Assembly: GCF_006345805.1 (NCBI RefSeq)
Contig: NC_043007.1
Coordinates: 36,270,001-36,334,000 of the forward strand
Direction of reading: 5' to 3'
Source: Octopus sinensis
Lineage: Eukaryota
DNA: 64,000 nucleotides
Shown: in pieces, positions 26,369-37,763 of the stretch
How positions within the stretch are numbered: the stretch's first letter is position 1
Layout: every line of letters starts with the position of its first letter
Position numbers and translations under genes: made by a program
The notes under the pieces: generated by a model
Databases searched by the model: none
What the model was told of the DNA's origin: nothing
Seen by the model: only the letters and a program-made list of their open reading frames with translations

Positions 26369-26410
<42 letters not shown>

Positions 26411-26816
26411 ACGAAAGAGAGTGGGAGAGAAAGAGTATGTACGTCGGTAAGCGTGTAGGTATGTATGGGTGTGTTTGTGTGTGTTGTGTGTTTGTGATGT
26501 CTCTGTATGTGTGTGTTGGTATATGTGCGTGTGTATGTGTGTTTCTTTTTATGTCTATCTGTATGTTAAAGCATATAGTTATGTATGTATTTGCGCGAAA
26601 ATATGTGTGTAAATGAATGTAAAGACGTGTGTATGTGTGTGTGTGCGTGTGTGTGTGTGTGTGTGTGCGAGTGTGCGTGTGTGTGTTTTGATAGTGTATC
26701 TCTCCAGCCATTGTTTTCACTTTCCCCCTCTCTGCCCATTTCCCTCTTTACCTCTCTCCTTCTGTCCCTCCCTCCCTCCCTCTCTCTCTCTCCCTCTCAC
26801 TCCTCTCTCCCAAAAG

Positions 26817-26927
26817 AATTCGTCCATGTATCAGGCTTCCAGCATGCTCCACCCCGTCATACGATCCACCCGCACGACTCATACATTATTCTGTCATTCC
26901 GATATTCTGATAGAATGTGACAGACCG
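26817..26927 (+). CDS. Candidate internal exon, frame uncertain
   Basis: Follows a long polypyrimidine tract ending caaaag. Phase 0 is open (NSSMYQASSMLHPVIRSTRTTHTLFCHSDILIECDRP) to a weak donor CG|GTTAAG. Confidence 0.3.
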
Positions 26928-27679
26928 GTTAAGATGAATTGTCGTTGTTATTGTTTATGTTGATGTTGATGTTGATGATGATGATGGTGCTCTTCCGGTC
27001 AAATTATATTTCGTGTTTATTTTGTGGCTTTTCACAATTGCGTTTCAATGTTACTACACCATGAAAGCCACTCAAAACACACACACACACATGCACACAC
27101 ACATACACACACATACTTATGCGCCACGCACATATATACACTCGCCTGTCCAACACAGTAGATACCTGTACACACACAAAAGTGGTAACGAAGCAAGAGT
27201 GCTCAATACCAGAGTTAAAGTAAAAATATTAATGTTTAAGATTCAAATTAAGGAAGTGCAATAATAATGTTTAGCAGATCAAAACTGTGAGTAGTGAAAT
27301 GCAGAATTAGGTCGGTTGATCGTGAGAATCAAATATTGATCGCTTCGCTAAAATCTGCAGGTGGTATGGGTTATTTCACTAGGGTTATTTAAATAAAATA
27401 TTAGTAATATGTAGTAGATAGAAGGATGCATTGGAGGGGCCCTATTATTGATTTTTTCAACAATCTAAGTATGTTACGATGTTTCCAGACATGAGTTCTA
27501 CTCACGTGTCAAGTAAGTATACAAGTGATATTGTCTGCAAAAATTAGAAATTAAACACAAAAAATCAGTATTCGAAGTAATCGAACATAAACAATGAAAT
27601 GGGTTCTTTCTCTTGAGTGTTTAAAAAATATTGTACAGGTGCCATGGGTTATTTCCCTTGGGTGTTAAAACATTAGCCA

Positions 27680-27918
27680 ACCCTGCTGTACTGTTTCACC
27701 ACAACTTTTTCTTACTCTTTCTTCCTGTTTCTGTTGCGCCTGTATTTCAAAGGGACACCCTTATCACACATTGTGTCACGCTGAATCTTCCCCAGTACTA
27801 CGTTAAGAGTACACGTGTCTGTGGAGTGCTCAACCACTTGCACGTTAATTTCATGAGTAGGCTGCTCCGTTGATCGGATCAATTGGAGCCCTCTTCGTCG
27901 TAACCGACGAAGTGCCAC
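27680..27918 (+). mobile_element. SINE family C, 5'-truncated
   Basis: Match to 5365-5600. Confidence 0.8.
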
Positions 27919-27919
27919 G

Positions 27920-27950
<31 letters not shown>

Positions 27951-27994
27951 TGTATGTATGTATGTATGTATGTATATATATATATATATTATAT

Positions 27995-28037
<43 letters not shown>

Positions 28038-28664
28038 ACATATACATGTATGTATATATATATGTGTGTGTGTGTGTGTATACGCATATGTATATAAAGT
28101 TGTGGTGAAAGAGTACAGCAGGGTTGTCCTATACACAATGTGTATTTATTTATATATATACATACATACATACATATCAGAGGAGAGCAGGAAAATAAAG
28201 CAAGCTCAGCATCAACAAAACAGCACGTATCCATTAGCACCATCTCCACTCAGACCCACCCGGTATACTCACCTGCCTCCATACATATGTAGTTTGTTGA
28301 TCGCTTTCACCCACCATCACCACCACTGCACACATGCACACACACACACACACACACACTATACTCACGTACATACATCACACCATACACACAGAGTCAT
28401 TTAAATCTGTACATCAATATATTTTTTTTGTCACTGACAGTGCAGATATACCAAAATCTGAGTAATGGCAAAATACAAGAAAGATAGCTAGAAAGAAAAG
28501 GAAAAGAAAAATAGAAAGAAAGAAAAAGAAAGATAGAAAGAAAAAAAGAAAGAGAGAAAGAAAGAAGGAAAGCAAGAGAGAAAACTGAAGTTTCAAATAC
28601 AAATGCATAAATTTAACTATGAATTGAATACCTTTTCATCCCGCGTTTAAATGTGTATATGTGT

Positions 28665-28701
<37 letters not shown>

Positions 28702-28775
28702 TTGTGTATGTGCGTGCGTGGGTGTGTGTGTGTGTGTTTGTATGTACATTTCATAATTCTGCTTCATCATAGCAG

Positions 28776-28798
28776 GACGAATATTTGGCCCTTGTAAA
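28776..28798 (+). CDS. 23-nt micro-exon (or 26 nt from the tandem acceptor, 28773)
   Basis: Acceptor ttcataattctgcttcatcatagcag and consensus donor AA|GTGAGT, 187 nt upstream of the large exon. Reads xRIFGPCK in the frame that joins the large ORF. Confidence 0.55.
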
Positions 28799-28985
28799 GT
28801 GAGTGCTATCTGTTTCTCTTAACCGAAACAGCTGTAAGGTAAAAGGCAATGAATATATAAATATGCCATTCTTGTTATGATGCCATTTATCTTTTAATGT
28901 GTATGTATGAGAGTGAGTATGTGTGAGTGTCTGTGTGCGTGTATTCTATTTCACTAATGTTTCTTTATATATTTATTTTCTTTAG

Positions 28986-30219
28986 GGAAACAATGTCACT
29001 GGCAATTGGTTTAGTGTCTACGTGGAAATTACGACAGCTTCGTCTGTTCAAATAGAGAACCCTTACGCTTCGGAAACCATTTCAATTGTCGACAGTCGCA
29101 GGCATAGGAAAAGATTCCGGGGGAGATTTAATCGAAGATTTTACAGGAAATTTCACCGACGGTTTGGACATCAACGCAAACGTGCGGAAACTAAAGACAG
29201 GAGTTCCAACACACTTAACGGAAGTAATATAGACGATAGATATAAAGGAATTCAAGGTGATGGTGAAGTACAACCAGAACAAAATAACAAAGAAGAAAAG
29301 GACGATGAAGTAATAGTAGTAAAAGAAGGGCTAGAAGTAGGGGTAGGAGATAAAGGAAGTCTTTGGGAGGAGTACAAATCACAACACTATCCACCGAAAC
29401 ATCCGCTTATTTCAACAACATCGCTTACAGATTTAGAAGATGTGCGATGGGTTAAATGTGACGATGGTGAACGACGAAATAACCCGGATGGAACGGGAGA
29501 TAATTTGGTGGGAAGAGGAGATAATCTGGAAGAAAGAAGTGGGAACATAGTCGAGAAAACAGTTAATCTGGTTGAACGGCGATTAAAATCGATTCAAAGG
29601 CGAAGAAAACCGATTAAAATTAACAAACTGAACGGCTATAATTTGGGGGAGGATTTTCTAAGCGGAAAATATCCAAAGAATGTCTCATATTCTGTTCATT
29701 ATAGCGGTAATGAAAAAAGCTCTGTACATGAAGGTATTGTTATTGGTGGTGAGAGTGGAAATGGTAGCGAAGATGACAATGATTATGGCATCGGACAAGA
29801 GGGAAAGAACAAGATGCGTTTGAGCTTCGGCGTCAACGTTGAGGATGAGGAAAATAAAAATAGAATGAAAGGGGAGACAAATGGCAAAGAAAAGGGAAAT
29901 GAGGGCGATGGTGATTATGATTATGATTATGATTATTATGAAAAAGATGGGGGAAAGAAAACAGAAACGGAAACTGTATTTGAAATTAATGCAAAGAAAA
30001 AGAACAGGAATATGAAATCAGGGTACGACAGAACAGCGGTTGAAGCAAATAGCATTAATCCTGAACGAGATTTACGGAAAGCAGAATATTTTGATAAGAT
30101 TCATGACAACGAAGAAATCGACTGGAAGTCAGAGTTGAAGAGATTACTTGAGGAATCGAATCGGAATGAGGAAAGGCAGCAAGAAGTTCAACGAAAGAGC
30201 GGCCATAATAAACACATAG
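28986..30219 (+). CDS. Large internal coding exon (411 codons, E/K/D/G/N-rich, probably disordered) of an unidentified gene
   Basis: Strong acceptor (ttctttatatatttattttctttag, ends 28985) and donor AG|GTAAGG at 30219/30220. No stop in phase 0 across 1234 nt of non-repetitive sequence (GNNVTGNWFSVYVEITTASS...GHNKHI). The THTH tail in the ORF track is intronic (CA)n read-through. Confidence 0.75.
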
Positions 30220-30260
30220 GTAAGGAAACCTTTTTCATGAGATGCGTGCGTGCGTGTGTA

Positions 30261-30336
<76 letters not shown>

Positions 30337-30380
30337 CACACACACACACACATACACACACACACACACAATATATATAT

Positions 30381-30735
30381 TCTTTTATTGCTTTACTTGT
30401 TTTAGCCATTTGACCGTGACCGTGCTGGAGCACGATCTTAAGGGGTTTTAGTCGAACAAATCGACCCAGGTACTTATTTTATCGGTGTCATTTGTCGAAC
30501 CACTAAGTTACGGGGACGTAAACACACTAACATCAGTTGACAAACGATGGTAGGGGAACACACACACACACATACAACGGACTTTTTTGAGTTTCCGTCT
30601 ACCAAATCTACTCACAAGGCTTTAGTCAGCCTGAGGCTATATTAGAATACACTTGCCCAAGGTGCCGTGCAGTGGGACTGAACACGGAACCATGTGGTTG
30701 GGAAGCAAGCTTCTTACCATAGAGTCACGTATGCA
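30381..30735 (-). mobile_element. SINE family A, diverged
   Basis: Reverse-complement match. Confidence 0.8.
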
Positions 30736-30899
30736 CTTATTGAAAGTATTTTGTAGGGATAGAAATAAAGGTAATCAGAAGGTGCAAGATGAGACATGAA
30801 TACGGATGGATGTAGTAGGACATCCCAACGAAGCTGTACTAATTTCTGGCGGGTCTTCTTGAAATATGAGGTTTAGCGTTACCCAGAAGGAAGACGACT

Positions 30900-31110
30900 C
30901 CCTTCCGGTCGGTCCATTCTAGTGTAGTGGCGCCATTTTGGAAGTCTTCAGCGCGCATGTGCAGAGTTGGATTCTTCCGGGAGGCCTGCCGGAAGTTCCC
31001 TCATGCGCATGCGCAGAGAACTAGCAGCAGCAAAACTTCCCGCGTATCGATCTCTCTCGAAGTTGACAGTCGAACACAACTCTCCCAAGCTGCCACCAAG
31101 TGGCGATGCT
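30900..31110. promoter_or_regulatory. CpG-rich cluster of ETS, YY1, NRF1, E2F, DRE-like and CTCF-like motifs
   Basis: CTTCCGG 30902 and 30974; GGCGCCATTTTG 30929; CCGGAAGT 30989; TGCGCATGCGCA 31004; TTCCCGCG 31037; TATCGAT 31045; TGCCACCAAGTGGCG 31091. Confidence 0.45.
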
Positions 31111-31199
31111 ACACTATGCTGGAACGAGACAAGATTTGGTTCACACCACTTAACTACTGTGACTAGCTCCTAGGCTACCGATTCGTTCTGAAGGAAATA

Positions 31200-32125
31200 T
31201 ATGTATATATATTATTGCGAATCCAGAAAAATAAAAATATTTATGCTGTTGAAGATATTCGAAGTCTTGGCTTTTCCTTCGACAGACCTTTCAGCCGGTT
31301 ACACTAGATTATTTTCTTTTTCACCGATTACTTCTTTTAATCGATCTAACTGAGAACAGCAGTTGTAAGAATCAACGTCTGATGTTGCGGAATACACAAA
31401 AACTTTTCCATCCCACCAAATACAGAGCTTCACCTTCTTCAGATACTGTCCGACTTTTGGAGTGATTAGAGATGCGTCATTTCATTTTCTCCGAGACCCG
31501 TTTAGCTCCGCAGTCCATGTGATCGTTCGTTACAAAAAATGGGTCGTTTTTGTCGCATTTGAGCAGAGAATCGCAGATGATAATGTGGTCCTTTAATTTT
31601 TCTCCCGTTTAGTTATGAGGCATCCAAACATCATAACGATTCTCATATTCCAAGTGTTTGTAAACTCCTTATAACACTCATATAAGATTAGCGTATCTGT
31701 GCAATGCTTCGTGTTTTGTGACCTGGATTATTTTTTATTTGTGTTTCGATTTGACCATCATCAATTACTGTAGGTCTGTCGAAACCTTCACGGTCTTCCA
31801 GATCAAAATTTTCACTCCTAAACGTAGCAAGCCACTTCTCAGTGAGGGCACCATCTTCATAAACTGTTCAAATCTGTTTTTGCTGCTTGTACAGCGCTTT
31901 TTTACTTTCCGGAAATAGATGAGCATCCTTTGATCAATATATCACATTGTTCTCACTTTAAACATAAAATAAACTATCCACACAGAAATCATATACAAAG
32001 GTGTGTTTGAAAGTCACCTTCCGGAAAATGTATATATGTAATATACTTCTGTCACGTGAAAACGAAATCACGTGCTTAAACACCACCAGTTGAAAAACAG
32101 TGCGAACTTTTCTTCCAACCCAATT
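31200..32125 (-). mobile_element. Decayed mariner transposon
   Basis: Minus-strand relic KWLATFRSENFDLEDREGFDRPTVIDDGQI and RYDVWMPHN...IIICDSLLK...DPFF (WVPHEL region); TIR-like attgggttggaagaaaagttcgca at 32124-32101; stops and frameshifts. Confidence 0.8.
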
Positions 32126-32189
32126 TATATATATATGTATATATATAATACAAAATGGAACAAGAACGCAAAACATCCGGACAACTAGG

Positions 32190-32400
32190 TGATACAAAAA
32201 GGGACAACAAAACATCCAGATAGACGATACAAAAAAACAAGAATGGGTCATTCGAAGCTTTCTATCCTCAGTCAAGAACCGATCATCCTCGCAATTTCGG
32301 CTGATTAGATCTGGTTCTTGACTGAGGATAGAAAGCTTCGAATGACCCGTTCTGTTTTTTTGTATCGTCTATCTGGATGTTTTGTTGTCCCATTTTGTAT
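32190..32400. repeat. ~90-bp inverted repeat with ~30-nt spacer (probably Penelope-like)
   Basis: 32192-32280 is the near-perfect reverse complement of 32313-32400. Confidence 0.85.
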
Positions 32401-32460
32401 TTTATATATATATAGCGGCGTACGTACACTTTGTTCTCTCATATATATATATTATATATA

Positions 32461-32505
<45 letters not shown>

Positions 32506-32543
32506 CATTCCGAATTTGTTGTAAATATGTATAGAATAACATA

Positions 32544-32639
32544 TCAGCTGAATAAAGTTACAACATGGTCTAGTTTTCACGCTTTTTATTGCACAATAAT
32601 AAAAAAAAAACAGACCATGTTGTAACTTTATTCAACTGA
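32544..32639. mobile_element. 96-bp Tc1/mariner-type MITE
   Basis: 28-bp TIR tcag(c/t)tgaataaagttacaacatggtct with TA on both sides. Confidence 0.8.
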
Positions 32640-32688
32640 TACACACACACACACACACTCAGACAGACAGACAGACAGACAGATAGAC

Positions 32689-32737
<49 letters not shown>

Positions 32738-33181
32738 TACATGTGTGTGTGTTTCATGTATTAATTTTTATTGATTAACTAATTAATTAGTGCTTACTTT
32801 TCTTCACAGTAGAGTTTCATATCTTGTAATATGGTGATTTGGAAAATATTAAGTTAAGATATGGAATCAAATAGTAGGACAAAATCTGCCTTATGAGGAG
32901 AGCTGGGATCTAAAACATAAAACCGTAACTAAACCCCGAAAAGATGACGCTGACTTTGGCGAGTATTGAACTCAGAACGCAATAGCCGCGAGAAATGCCA
33001 CTTAGCATAACTATTCGACGTGCTAATGACTCTTACTAGTTTATTTTTTATTAAAATACATAGATTATTTAATTAATTGTGACTGAAGGAAAAAAAAACA
33101 CGTGTTAAAAACATATGAAGAAAAATCTGTGACGTAAGTATTTTGTTTAGCTTTTTTTTTTGGTGGGGGAAGCTTGTGTGT

Positions 33182-33231
<50 letters not shown>

Positions 33232-33700
33232 GTGCGTGTGTGCGTGTGTCAGTAAATAAAGAGCTAATGGTGAGTACGTGCACATATACATGTATGGACA
33301 CATAAATTATAATTAATGTATGGACACATAAATTATAATTAATGTATGCGTGCATAAACACACCTAGGAACAGTTTTGCGTGTGTGTGTGTGTGTGTGTA
33401 TACATACACATACATATATAGAGAGAAACAGATATACATGCTTACACACACAGACGCACACATATATACCCACACATACATACACACATGCGTACGTATT
33501 TATGTATATGCGCGAGTATTGTCTAACAGGATATTAAGACGTAAGTGGTGAATGTAAAATAGTAGATTAAATATTACGTTTTCTTCCTGTTCACTCCCCC
33601 GATCAGACCTTTTTGCCTACGAAGGGAACTTCTTATATTCTATATACACTCTAACTTACATTTCATCATTCTCTTCGCACACAGAAAAAATAAGGAGATT

Positions 33701-33743
33701 ACCCCGACATGTTTCCTGATTGCTTGGTCAATCGTCAGAGAAT
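33701..33743 (-). ncRNA. Minimal type I hammerhead ribozyme motif
   Basis: Minus strand: AUUCU CUGACGA UUGA-loop-UCAG GAAAC AU GUC GGGGU. Canonical GUC site, palindromic stem III ACAUGU, stem I mostly G-U pairs. Confidence 0.6.
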
Positions 33744-34095
33744 GCGCCAATCTTCTCCCACCTACTGTCTACAAAGAGGACTTTATCCAATCGTTATTTA
33801 AACCAGTCACAAGCTAGCACATAACAAAGATAAACTTAAGGCAGTTAGGACGTAGTTTGTAAAACATATGTTGAAGAAAGTAGATAAATATGAATATATT
33901 TTAATCTCTAAGCATACAGACTTAGGCTAAGTATTAGGTTGTAAATGATTTATACAATGATTGTAATAAAGTTCTCTTCAACGATTGTTCTAAACTTATT
34001 TTCTGTGAGATGTTTCATGGTTGGTTTGGCATTCTCCAGTATGAAATATGTTAGAGTAATCTCCTTATTTTTCTGTAGGTCAATCAATAACAAAT

Positions 34096-34361
34096 GGAAG
34101 CGCAATGGCCCAGTGGTTAGGGCAGCGGACTTGCAGTCGGAGGATCGCGATTTCGATTCCCAGACCGAGCGTTGTGTTTGTTTATTGAGCGAAAACACCT
34201 AAAAGCTCCACGACGCTCCGGCAGGGGATGGTGGCGACCCCTGTTGTACTCTTTCGCCACAACTTTCACTCTCTCTTCCTCTTTCTTGAGTAACTGGGGG
34301 GAACACATACGCCACAGAAACCGGGAAACCGGGCCCATGAACCTGGCTAGGCTTGAAAAGG
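34096..34361 (+). mobile_element. SINE with family C head and a different 3' tail
   Basis: Head matches the 5223 copy; tail gccacagaaaccgggaaaccgggcccatgaacctggctaggc. Confidence 0.8.
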
Positions 34362-34625
34362 ACAACGTTTATCGTTATCGAATCAATAAGAAGATGTATT
34401 CCATTTGCTTCTTTCCACAACGTACGCATTGCAAACTGTGATCTAATTATACTAAATTTATCTTCAATTTTCTGAGACAAATACACACACACACACACAC
34501 ACACACACACCACACACACACACACACACATGATCAAGCAAACTTGAAAGAGATTGCTGGTCTACGTCGGCAAGACATAATAAATCGATAAAATAAGTAC
34601 AGTGGACTTGCCGCGGGGAGTAGAA

Positions 34626-34661
34626 AATTCAACGTTTCGGAAAGAGTCCTTCTTCAGGGAA
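34626..34661 (-). ncRNA. Degenerate minimal hammerhead ribozyme motif
   Basis: Minus strand: UUCC CUGAAGA A GGA-CUCUU-UCC GAAAC GUU GAAU. Core intact, stem I imperfect. Confidence 0.4.
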
Positions 34662-34877
34662 GAGATTTTTTTATATTAGAAGATGTAAAACGTCTACTGT
34701 CTCTCATTAATTTCTTTCCTTTCAACTTTTCTCTGAAAAATATTTGATTCTCTTCTTCCGACAGCAAGTTTGCTGTATTTTTTCTATCGATTTTACACAC
34801 ACACACACACACACACGCACACACACACATGCGCGCACACACTCACATATACATACATACATACATACATACATACA

Positions 34878-34908
<31 letters not shown>

Positions 34909-34981
34909 GCATATATATATTAGCTGGTAAAATTGTTCGGAGCAAAATATAATAGCATTTCGATCCATATCAGTTGGGTTC

Positions 34982-35034
<53 letters not shown>

Positions 35035-35616
35035 ACTTCACTTTTATATATAAAGATATGTGTGTGTGTGTGTGTGTGTATGTGTGTCTGTGCGTGCGTG
35101 TGTGTGTGCGTGTGTGAGTGTGACTTTTTTTTTAATTATTATAAATCTTCCTCTGAGGCGGGAGCCGGTTTCCCAAAAAGATACAAAGCTCCATCTTTGG
35201 GATGAAGTTAACACACACAAATTCACATTTGGAACTATGTATGTATGTGTGTATGTATGTATGTATGTGTGTATGTATGTATGTATGTATGTGTGTATGT
35301 ATGTATGTATGTGTGTATGTATGTATGTAAGTCCTGGGGTCGATTTGCTCGACTAAAGGCGGTGCTCCAGCATGGCCACAGTCAAATGGCCGAAACAAGT
35401 AAAAGAGTAAAAGAGTAAGTGTGCGCCTCGTTCGGTCATGTCAGAGTTTGCATAAGTTATATATTTACATAAATTTTATAACTTTCATTACTGAATGAGT
35501 AGATCATTCTCTCATGCAAGACTAACAACGGAATTTTTTTATATCATGTAATGAGAAAAACTGATTAAATAGTCATGCTAGAGTAACAACGTACATTATA
35601 TATATATATATATATA

Positions 35617-36002
35617 CTAGCAGTATCGCCCGGCGTTGCTCGGGTTTGTAAGGGAAATAACTATAAAGCATTTTTAGAGAGTTGTAGTCAAAAAATAGCA
35701 AAAAATGCATTAAAAATGGAAAAAAAATTATGGTAAATTTTTTTAAAATCGTTGACTCATCGTTGACATTTTTAGAGAGTTACTTCCCTTATATAATAGC
35801 GAAAAAAATGGAAAAAAATTATGGTAAATTATTTTTAAAATCGTAGACTCATCGTAGACGCGCGCTTATACCCAGAAGGGCTCGATATGAATCACGACTA
35901 TAAGATACCCGGTTTTGGTTAAACTGTACCGCAAAATGTGGGAGTAGTTAGGAATCTAAATCGGAGTAGACAGACACACAACCTTTCTTTTATATATGAA
36001 GA
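35617..36002 (-). mobile_element. Non-autonomous Helitron (short form)
   Basis: Reverse complement of 14014-14413 with CTAG, hairpin and TC ends. Confidence 0.85.
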
Positions 36003-36170
36003 TATTTATATATATATATATATCAAGTGATAAGTGAAAATCTCAGTCAACCATGCCAGCAAGTCACCGTAACGTTTGTTTCTAGTGATGAAGGAGCTAG
36101 TCAGCCATTCAGTCAGTGATGCTAGGATGATAACGTAAATTTTATTTCCAACATCGTCGTTCGTCGTCGT

Positions 36171-36240
<70 letters not shown>

Positions 36241-36261
36241 ATTTAATGCTGTTACTATTAA

Positions 36262-36897
36262 CCCTTTAGCATTCAGATTTTTCTATAAGCGCAGGAGTGG
36301 CTGTGTGGTAAGTAGCTTGCTTACCAACCACATGGTTCCGGGTTCAGTTGCACTGCGTGGCACCTTGGGCAAGTGTCTTCTACTATAGCCTCGGGCCGAC
36401 CAAAGCCTTGTCACTGGATTTGGTAGACGGAAACTGAAAAGAAGCACGTCGTATATATGTATATGTATATATAAATGTGTGTGCCTGTATGTCTGTGTCC
36501 ACCCCCCAACATCGCTTGACAACCGATGCTAGTGTGTTTACGTCCCCGTAACTTAGCGGTTCGGAAAAAGGAGACCGATAGAATAACTACTAGGCTTACA
36601 AAGAATAAGTCCTGGGGTCGATTTGCTCGACTAAAAGCGGTGCTCCAGCATAGCCGCAGTCAAATGACTGAAACAAGTAAAAGAGTAAAGATGTAACAAA
36701 TGTAATGCTCGTTTATTCGCATTGTTTTGTATTATACGTTTTCTTGCAGCTTTAATATTTTGAAGACGCCTGTGTCGACTTTTAGAATGACATCGCAGGG
36801 TAGTTGTGAGAAGTCTGGTCTGGTCTGGTTAGGTCAGTCTAAGCACAAAACAGGTTGAATATCTGGGCCTGATATGGTCAGTTTGAATGCTAAAAGG
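36262..36897. mobile_element. piggyBac-type MITE with a nested SINE
   Basis: TTAA at 36258-36261 and 36898-36901; TIR cc(c/t)tttagcattca. Confidence 0.75.
36287..36691 (+). mobile_element. SINE family A, full length
   Basis: Match to the 1489 copy. Confidence 0.9.
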
Positions 36898-37173
36898 TTA
36901 ATATTAGTAATTCTACGATTACTGCTGCTGCTGCTGTTGTTGTTGTTGTTGTTGTTGTTGTTAAGCTACAAGACGGGTAAGGGTGATTAGGTGATGGTCT
37001 AGGGCTTAGAGGCGGGAGACCCCAGACCTTGGAAAAAACATTGGTCGTCTTGTTGTAGTCGAGGGCTCTTCGTTGACGCCCGACACCACTGGGAGGTGGC
37101 CCTCGAAGTCGCTGGAGATGGAGATCTCCAGGTCCAAATTCTTGAACGGCTGCTGCTGCTGCTGCTGCTGCTG

Positions 37174-37209
<36 letters not shown>

Positions 37210-37424
37210 TTGTATCTCTAATTTCTCCTGTAACTCCTCGTCAACATCCCTCTCAAAGTCCTCTTCTTCCTCATGTTGGGAAAATAACACTTAACACATT
37301 TTAAAGGCAAATCATTAAAAAAAAACAGCTAACAAAAACAATAATAATAATAACAATTACAATAACAATAATAAAAGCAAAACGAAAGCGAAACTTTAAA
37401 AAGCCTCTTACGAATCCAACATAT

Positions 37425-37746
37425 CAGAACCATCAAAGCTGGTAAACCGGATATTGTTGTAAAAGACCAAAATAATAACGTCTCTTCATTGACTGACATG
37501 AGTATTCCTTGTTATCAAAAGAATTTGACAAGCTCAGAAAATAGAAAGATTCGTTCATTGAAATCGAAAAAATGTGGCATCTGAAGGCGATTACAATACT
37601 AGTGATTGTAGGAGCACTTGTAATGATAAAAAAAAAAAGGGAACTGGAAATTATTTCAGAATGATCACAGTCTTACCATCCCTGCCAGAAGTGCAAAAGA
37701 TTATTTTAACTGGTACGTCACATGTATTGAGAACATTGTCGCTGTG
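37425..37746 (+). mobile_element. R4/Dong-like LINE relic, restriction-like endonuclease domain
   Basis: IKAGKPDIVVKD...DMSIP...KEFDKLRK*KD...IEKMWHLK...VIVGAL. Confidence 0.75.
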
Positions 37747-37763
37747 AGAACGATAACATTCTA

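Noticed and set aside
28441-28461. Additional micro-exon after tcactgacag
   Set aside because: Acceptor is plausible but the donor (GA|GTAATG) is weak and the frame is unresolved.
13440-28798. Assigning the candidate exons to an ionotropic receptor or other named family
   Set aside because: Resemblances are only a few residues and disagree with each other; no diagnostic motif.
28776-28838. Longer exon using donor AG|GTAAAA at 28838
   Set aside because: Stops in all three frames.
30220-30413. C-terminal extension of the 463-aa ORF
   Set aside because: Lies after a consensus donor and consists of (CA)n plus a SINE tail.
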